Source: an uncultured delta proteobacterium (GTDB lineage: Bacteria > Myxococcota_A > UBA9160 > SMWR01). From it: DNA of 64,000 nucleotides. Below, one piece after another: positions 57,295-64,000 of this stretch. The notes under the pieces are model-generated. The model saw only the letters and a list, made by a program, of their open reading frames with translations. It did not search any database and was not told the DNA's origin. The first letter of the stretch is position 1. Each line of letters opens with the position of its first letter. The position numbers and the translations under genes are program-made. The stretch is taken from assembly GCA_963832165.1 (NCBI GenBank), contig CAWHTE010000006.1, forward strand, positions 1 to 64,000, in the 5' to 3' direction.

Positions 57295-57741
57295 ATGGTC
57301 CCGAGGAGCATGGCGGCCCTGGCGATCGCGCTCGCGGCGGCTTGCGCGAGCGCACCGCCGCCGCCGCAGCCCGTGGAATGTCCCGCGCCGGCTCCGCGCG
57401 CGGCGCCCGAGTTGGCGTTCGACCTCGCCGGCGATGCACAGCGCGGCGCGACCGTGTTCGAGCGCGAGTGCAACCGCTGCCACGCGAGCGAGCCGGCGCA
57501 GCGCGCACTCGGCACGCCCGCGAGCACACCGCGCCTCGACTGCGCGGACTGGATCGCCGCGACCTCCGACGCCTATCTCTACGACGCGATCAACCGCGGC
57601 CCGGGAGCCTGGGGACATGGCCCCGTACCGCCGCTGGGCGAGCGGCTCACGCCCGCGCAGATCGCGGATCTCGTCGCCTACCTCCGGAGCCTGTCGCCCA
57701 CGCCTAATCCGGCAGGCTCGGCGCCCACGACACTCCGTTGA
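57295..57741 (+). CDS. Monoheme cytochrome c lipoprotein
   Basis: Lipobox LAAA-C, GD..RG..F, CNRCH, IADLVAYL. Confidence 0.85.
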   Translation: MVPRSMAALAIALAAACASAPPPPQPVECPAPAPRAAPELAFDLAGDAQRGATVFERECNRCHASEPAQRALGTPASTPRLDCADWIAATSDAYLYDAINRGPGAWGHGPVPPLGERLTPAQIADLVAYLRSLSPTPNPAGSAPTTLR

Positions 57742-58495
57742 TGTGTCCGCCGCCGTCGACGAAGAGCGTGTTGCCGGTGACGTAGCGCGCGTCGTCCGAG
57801 GCGAGGAACGCGACCACCGGGGCGATGTCCGCCTCGGGGTCGCCCATCCTGCCGAGCGGATTCTGCTCGAGCAGCTTCGCGGCATTCTCGGGGCTCGCGG
57901 CGCGAAACGCCTCGTATGCCACCGTGGCCGCCGCCGGACAGATGATGTTCGCGCAGATGCCGTGCCGCCCCCATTCGCGCGCGGCGGTGCGCGTGAGCGC
58001 GCGCAGCGCCTCCTTCGCGGCGTTGTAGTCGACCGTGTACATGTGCGCGTTCACGCCGTTGAGCGAGCACACCGAGACGATCCGGCCCCAGCCCGCGGCA
58101 CGCATGTGCGGAAACGCGGTCTGCATCGCCCAGAACGCGCTCATCAAGCCAACGCGCCAGCCGTGCTCGAGCGCCTCCTCGGTCTTGTACTCGAGGCGCG
58201 CCACGCCGCCGCCGCCCCACGCGTTGTTCACGAGGATGTCGACGCTGCCGAACTCGGAAACCGTGCGCTCTACCGCCGCCACCACCTGTTCGCGCACGCC
58301 GACGTCGGTGCGCACGAACAGCGACCGCACGCCGAACTCCGCGGCGAGCTCGGCCGCGCAGGCGCGCCCGCTCTCCTCGACCAACTCGGCCACGAGCACG
58401 TTCGCGCCCTCGCGCGCGAAGCGCCGCGCGATGCCGCGGCCGATCCCCTGTCCTGCACCCGTGACGATCGCGGCGCGCCCCTTGAGTCTTTGCAT
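57704..58495 (-). CDS. SDR family oxidoreductase
   Basis: TGAGQGIG, LVNNA, YNAAK, VDGG. Confidence 0.95.
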   Translation of the reverse strand: MQRLKGRAAIVTGAGQGIGRGIARRFAREGANVLVAELVEESGRACAAELAAEFGVRSLFVRTDVGVREQVVAAVERTVSEFGSVDILVNNAWGGGGVARLEYKTEEALEHGWRVGLMSAFWAMQTAFPHMRAAGWGRIVSVCSLNGVNAHMYTVDYNAAKEALRALTRTAAREWGRHGICANIICPAAATVAYEAFRAASPENAAKLLEQNPLGRMGDPEADIAPVVAFLASDDARYVTGNTLFVDGGGHINGVSWAPSLPD

Positions 58496-58498
58496 TTC

Positions 58499-59090
58499 TC
58501 AGGTCCTCCGGGCGAGACCGAGCTCGCGCAGCCGCTCTTCGAGCAGCGGAATCCGATCGTGGCCCCAGAACAGCTCACCGCCCACGCAGAACATCGGCAC
58601 GCCGAACACGTGGTCGCCGTGCGCCTCCTCGACGCACGCATCGAGCGCCTTCGCGCCGTCTCCGGCGAGGAATTCGCGATAGGCGGCCGGGTCGTGACCG
58701 AGCTCGCCGATCACGTCCGCCACCTGCTCGGGCAGATCGATCTCGAGCCGGTGCTCGAAGAAGCGCCGGAACACCTCGAGGCTGTAGCGCTCGAAGAAGC
58801 GCTCGCGCTGCGCGAACAGGCCCCCGATCAACGCGGGCGACGAGTCGTAGACCTTGCGCGGTCCGCGGATCAGGAATCCGCCGCGCGCGTTCGCCCAGCG
58901 GCGCGCGTCCATGTACGAATAACGCGCCTTCCAGTCCGAATAGATGCTGCGCTGGCCGGGTCCCTTGATCCGGAGCGTGAACGGGATGAAGCGCGCCTGC
59001 ACGTCGTAGCGCTGCGGCAGCGCGAAGGCGGGCTCCATCGCGAGGTACGCGTACGGGCTCTTGTAGTCGAAGTAGACCTTGAGCTCCAGG
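58499..59090 (-). CDS. DsbA / 2-hydroxychromene-2-carboxylate isomerase family protein; no canonical start found
   Basis: VYFDYKSPYAYLA, D.RRWA, VFGVPMF, FWGHDRI. Confidence 0.85.
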
Positions 59091-59098
59091 GAGAGACT

Positions 59099-59127
59099 CC
59101 GCGGAAGGCGGGATCCGCCTCGGCTAC
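59099..59127 (-). repeat. REP-like palindrome, copy 2, with GTAG on the minus strand
   Basis: Minus strand reads GTAGCCGAGGCGGATCCCGCCTTCCGCGG; differs from 9117-9144 by one T. Confidence 0.7.
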
Positions 59128-59144
59128 TCCGCCCTGCGCGCAGT

Positions 59145-61121
<1,977 letters not shown>

Positions 61122-61197
61122 GGCCGGGACGGTAGCGCCGCCGCTTGCGGCGCCGGAGCGATCGGTGCATTCTCGCAAGACGCGCCTCGGAGGTGGG

Positions 61198-62193
61198 ATG
61201 CAACGCGCGCCACGCTCGCGGCGCTACGCGTGGATCGAGTCGGATCGGATCGAGCGGTGCGATTCCTTCGCGCAGGCGGTCGACGACGGCCTCGGCAGCG
61301 AGCCGCGCTCGCTGCCGTGCCGCTATTTCTACGATGCGGAAGGCTCGCGCCTGTTCGAGGAGATCTGCGAGCTGCCCGAGTACTACCTCACGCGCGCCGA
61401 GCACGAGATCCTCGCGCGCCACGCCGACGAGATCGCCGGGCGCTGTCCCACGCCGCTCTATCTCGCCGAGCTCGGCAGCGGCAGCTCGACGAAGACGCGT
61501 CTGTTGATCGAAGCGTTCCTGCGCCATCAGGGCGGGCTGCGCTACGTGCCCGTCGACATCTCGCACAGCATGCTCGAGGAGTCAGTCGAGGCGCTCCTGG
61601 CCGACTATCGCGGCCTCGAGATCACCGCGATCGCGAGCGAGTACCGCGATGGATTGCACCATCTCGGCAAGGACACGCGACTGCCGAAGCTGATCGCCTG
61701 GCTCGGATCGAACATCGGCAACTTTGCACGCGCGGACGCGCACCACTTCGTGAGCGGAATCCGCGATGCGATGAGCGCTGACGACCGGCTGTTGCTCGGC
61801 ATCGACCTGCGCAAGGACGCGCGCGAGCTCGAGCGGGCCTACGACGACGCGCAGGGCGTCACCGCGCGCTTCAACAAGAACCTGCTCGCGCGCATCAACC
61901 GCGAGCTCGGCGGCGGGTTCGACCTCGCCGACTGGAGCCACCGCGCGCGCGTCGTCGATGGAGGAGGACGCGTCGAGATCGGCCTGGTCTGCCGGCGCAG
62001 CTGCGTCGTTCCGATCGCGGCGCTGGGCAGGAGCTTCCGCTTCGAACGCGGCGACTTCATCCACACCGAGGACTCGACCAAGTACTCGGAAGACGAGATC
62101 GCGAAGCTCGCGAGCGCCGCATCGCTGCGCCTCGACGCGCGCTGGCTCGATGCCGAGCAGCGATTCTGCGTCGCGCTGCTCGCACCGCGCTGA
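61198..62193 (+). CDS. egtD: L-histidine N(alpha)-methyltransferase family
   Basis: YFYDAEGSRLFEEICELPEYYLTRAE, ELGSGSSTKT, LGSNIGNF, AYDDAQGVTARFNKN, HTEDSTKY. Confidence 0.85.
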   Translation: MQRAPRSRRYAWIESDRIERCDSFAQAVDDGLGSEPRSLPCRYFYDAEGSRLFEEICELPEYYLTRAEHEILARHADEIAGRCPTPLYLAELGSGSSTKTRLLIEAFLRHQGGLRYVPVDISHSMLEESVEALLADYRGLEITAIASEYRDGLHHLGKDTRLPKLIAWLGSNIGNFARADAHHFVSGIRDAMSADDRLLLGIDLRKDARELERAYDDAQGVTARFNKNLLARINRELGGGFDLADWSHRARVVDGGGRVEIGLVCRRSCVVPIAALGRSFRFERGDFIHTEDSTKYSEDEIAKLASAASLRLDARWLDAEQRFCVALLAPR

Positions 62194-62223
62194 GAGCGCA
62201 GCGGAGCCGAGCGGAGTCCCCAC

Positions 62224-62259
62224 AAAGGGAAAGGCCCGGAGTTCGAGAACCCCGGGCCT
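62224..62259 (-). terminator. Putative intrinsic terminator between convergent genes
   Basis: aggcccggagttc/gaaccccgggcct stem (62232-62259), followed on the minus strand by TTCCCTTT. Confidence 0.6.
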
Positions 62260-62372
62260 CCCTGGGAAGGGGATATTTAGCTGTCTGATAGGGAAGTGGT
62301 CGGCCGCAGGGATTGGTGTCGCACAAACCCAGATTTTTTTGCGGCGTGCGCTGGGCCGTGCTCCCCGAGGGG

Positions 62373-62852
62373 TCAGTCGTCGTAATCCGGCTCGATCGAC
62401 ACGGCGAGGTTGCCGTCCTCGTATTCGCCGGCCCCGATCACCACCTTGTGGTGGTTCGGGGCGCGCGCGTCGAGCTTCACGGCGCCCTGCACGTCCACGG
62501 CCATCAGGAGGCCCTTCGCGCCCTTGTGCATCGGCCGCATCCGCACCTTGCGCCCGTCCGGCAGCAGCACGGTGCCGACGCGATTCATCTCGAGGTCGAC
62601 GCGCTCCTCCTGGATCACGCGCATGCTCTTGTAGCGGAGCTGCTTCTTGAGCTTCTCGTGCAGCTCGTGCGCGCGCGGGTCGACCTCGCCCTTCTTGTTG
62701 GAGGTCTGCACCACCATCACGTTCACGGGCACGCGATCGGGATTGTTGCCGGGGTCCTGCGCAGATGCGGTCCCGGAACCGAGCAGCGCGAGCGACACCG
62801 CGAGTGCGGCCGCCAGCGCGATCCGGGCGCGTACGCGGCTAGACCTTTCCAT
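62373..62852 (-). CDS. Exported hypothetical protein in the ECF operon
   Basis: Signal peptide ending ASA-Q; overlaps the anti-sigma stop. Confidence 0.8.
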   Translation of the reverse strand: MERSSRVRARIALAAALAVSLALLGSGTASAQDPGNNPDRVPVNVMVVQTSNKKGEVDPRAHELHEKLKKQLRYKSMRVIQEERVDLEMNRVGTVLLPDGRKVRMRPMHKGAKGLLMAVDVQGAVKLDARAPNHHKVVIGAGEYEDGNLAVSIEPDYDD

Positions 62853-63363
62853 CTTCCCCTCGCGGTGCGCGCTTGCCGGGCGGACCGATGACCCAGATGA
62901 TCGTAGTATCCGGCGCGGCGTCCTCGAGCACCATGACGTCGCGCGGTCCGCTGTCGAGCCAGCGCACCACGCGGGAGGGCGGTGGCGGCGGGGTGAGCCA
63001 TTGGAACGCGAACACGACCGCGAGGGCCAGCGCCGAGAGCTCGGCGCCGTAGATCAGGATCGGCCGGCCCCAGAGGGTCCGCGCCCACCGCTCGAGCGCC
63101 GACCCCGCCGAGGCCGCCTCGGCGCGCCGCGCATCGATCGCGGGCAGCCGCAGCGCGATCGCGTCCCAGAGGTCGGGGCCCGGCGATTCGACGTGGCCGT
63201 CGCGCACCCAATCGCCGACCCGCGCCAGCGCCTCGAGCTCGCGCTGGAGCTCGGGCGACCGGCGCAGCCGACGCTCGAATCGCCAGCGCGCGAGCCCCGA
63301 CAGCTCGCCGTCGTGGTACGCGTGCAGGAGATTCGGGCTCTCGCCGCGACTCTGCGGATTCAT
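62839..63363 (-). CDS. Anti-sigma factor (degenerate ZAS-like N-terminus, one TM)
   Basis: LLHAYHDGELS, PDLWDAI, single hydrophobic helix; ATGA overlap with the sigma gene. Confidence 0.8.
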   Translation of the reverse strand: MNPQSRGESPNLLHAYHDGELSGLARWRFERRLRRSPELQRELEALARVGDWVRDGHVESPGPDLWDAIALRLPAIDARRAEAASAGSALERWARTLWGRPILIYGAELSALALAVVFAFQWLTPPPPPSRVVRWLDSGPRDVMVLEDAAPDTTIIWVIGPPGKRAPRGEDGKV

Positions 63364-64000
63364 TCGGGATCTCCTGCGGTCGGTTCTTCCGGGTGCCGCT
63401 TCATCTCCTCCACGGCCCCGCTCTCGATCAGGGTGTCGCGCACGCGCTTGCGGGCGTAGTGGAGTCGGCTCATCACCGTTCCCTTCGGTATGTGCAGCGC
63501 CTGGGCGATCTCCTCGTACGACAGGCCATCGACCTCGCGCATCACCAGGGTACGACGCGCGTCGTCGGGCAGGGATTCGATCGCAGCCGCCAGCGCCTCC
63601 CGAAGCTGGCCACGGTGGTAGGCGTTCGCGGGGTCTGCGAGCTCGGTCCCGAGCGGCAACGGAGCGGCATCGGCGCCCGGGGCCACGTCGCGGGCGATCT
63701 CGTCGTCCCATTCTTCGTGCCGGCTCGAGCGGTCGCGCCGCTTCATGTCGATGCACTGATTGAACACGGTCCGATAGAGCCAGGTGTAGAAACCCGAGCG
63801 CCCCTCGAAGCGTGCGAGCCCTGCATACGCCTTGAGGAACCCCTCCTGCACGGCGTCGCGGGCCTGCTCCGGGTCGCGCAGGATCCGCCGCGCGAGGCCG
63901 TAGACCCGGTCCTGATATCGCTCGACGAGGACCCGGAACGCGGCGTGGTCGCCCTTGCGCGCGCGGTCGACGAGCTCCGCTTCGGGGGGCCCGGTGTCGG
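63360..64000 (-). CDS. ECF RNA polymerase sigma factor (5' end off the window)
   Basis: AFRVLVERYQ, DAVQEGFLKAY, FYTWLYR, GLSYEEIA, GTVMSRLHYAR. Confidence 0.95.
   Translation of the reverse strand, partial: DTGPPEAELVDRARKGDHAAFRVLVERYQDRVYGLARRILRDPEQARDAVQEGFLKAYAGLARFEGRSGFYTWLYRTVFNQCIDMKRRDRSSRHEEWDDEIARDVAPGADAAPLPLGTELADPANAYHRGQLREALAAAIESLPDDARRTLVMREVDGLSYEEIAQALHIPKGTVMSRLHYARKRVRDTLIESGAVEEMKRHPEEPTAGDPE

Overview
High-GC (roughly 70%) bacterial window of about 60 genes. Six PEP-CTERM-type sorting signals, many receiver domains, an AGPS-like enzyme and a RAYT transposase suggest a Myxococcota-like organism (inference). Contents in order: rtcB and bioA; a signalling cassette in which a PAS histidine kinase and an Rcp1-like receiver sit between two paralogous REC-kinase hybrids that both lack the phospho-acceptor His; a REP-associated tyrosine transposase with GTAG/REP-like hairpins; a fused acyl-CoA carboxylase; a secreted-protein block (PEP-CTERM proteins, PQQ-type beta-propeller, AraC regulator, orphan 2Fe-2S subunit, RoxA-like diheme protein); a globin-NsrR divergon; three tandem stand-alone receivers; glycosyltransferases; a P450; two paralogous PEP-CTERM genes with sigma54 promoters; a lipid-metabolism block; ABC-F, egtD and an ECF sigma/anti-sigma operon. 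The most striking non-coding feature is a 510-bp intergenic region (51672-52183) holding two multi-branched structured elements, one closed by a perfect 23-bp stem. Several genes between 8 and 20.5 kb are frameshifted, each repairable by removing extra T(s) on the + strand, which points to sequencing error. No rRNA, tRNA or CRISPR array was recognised.
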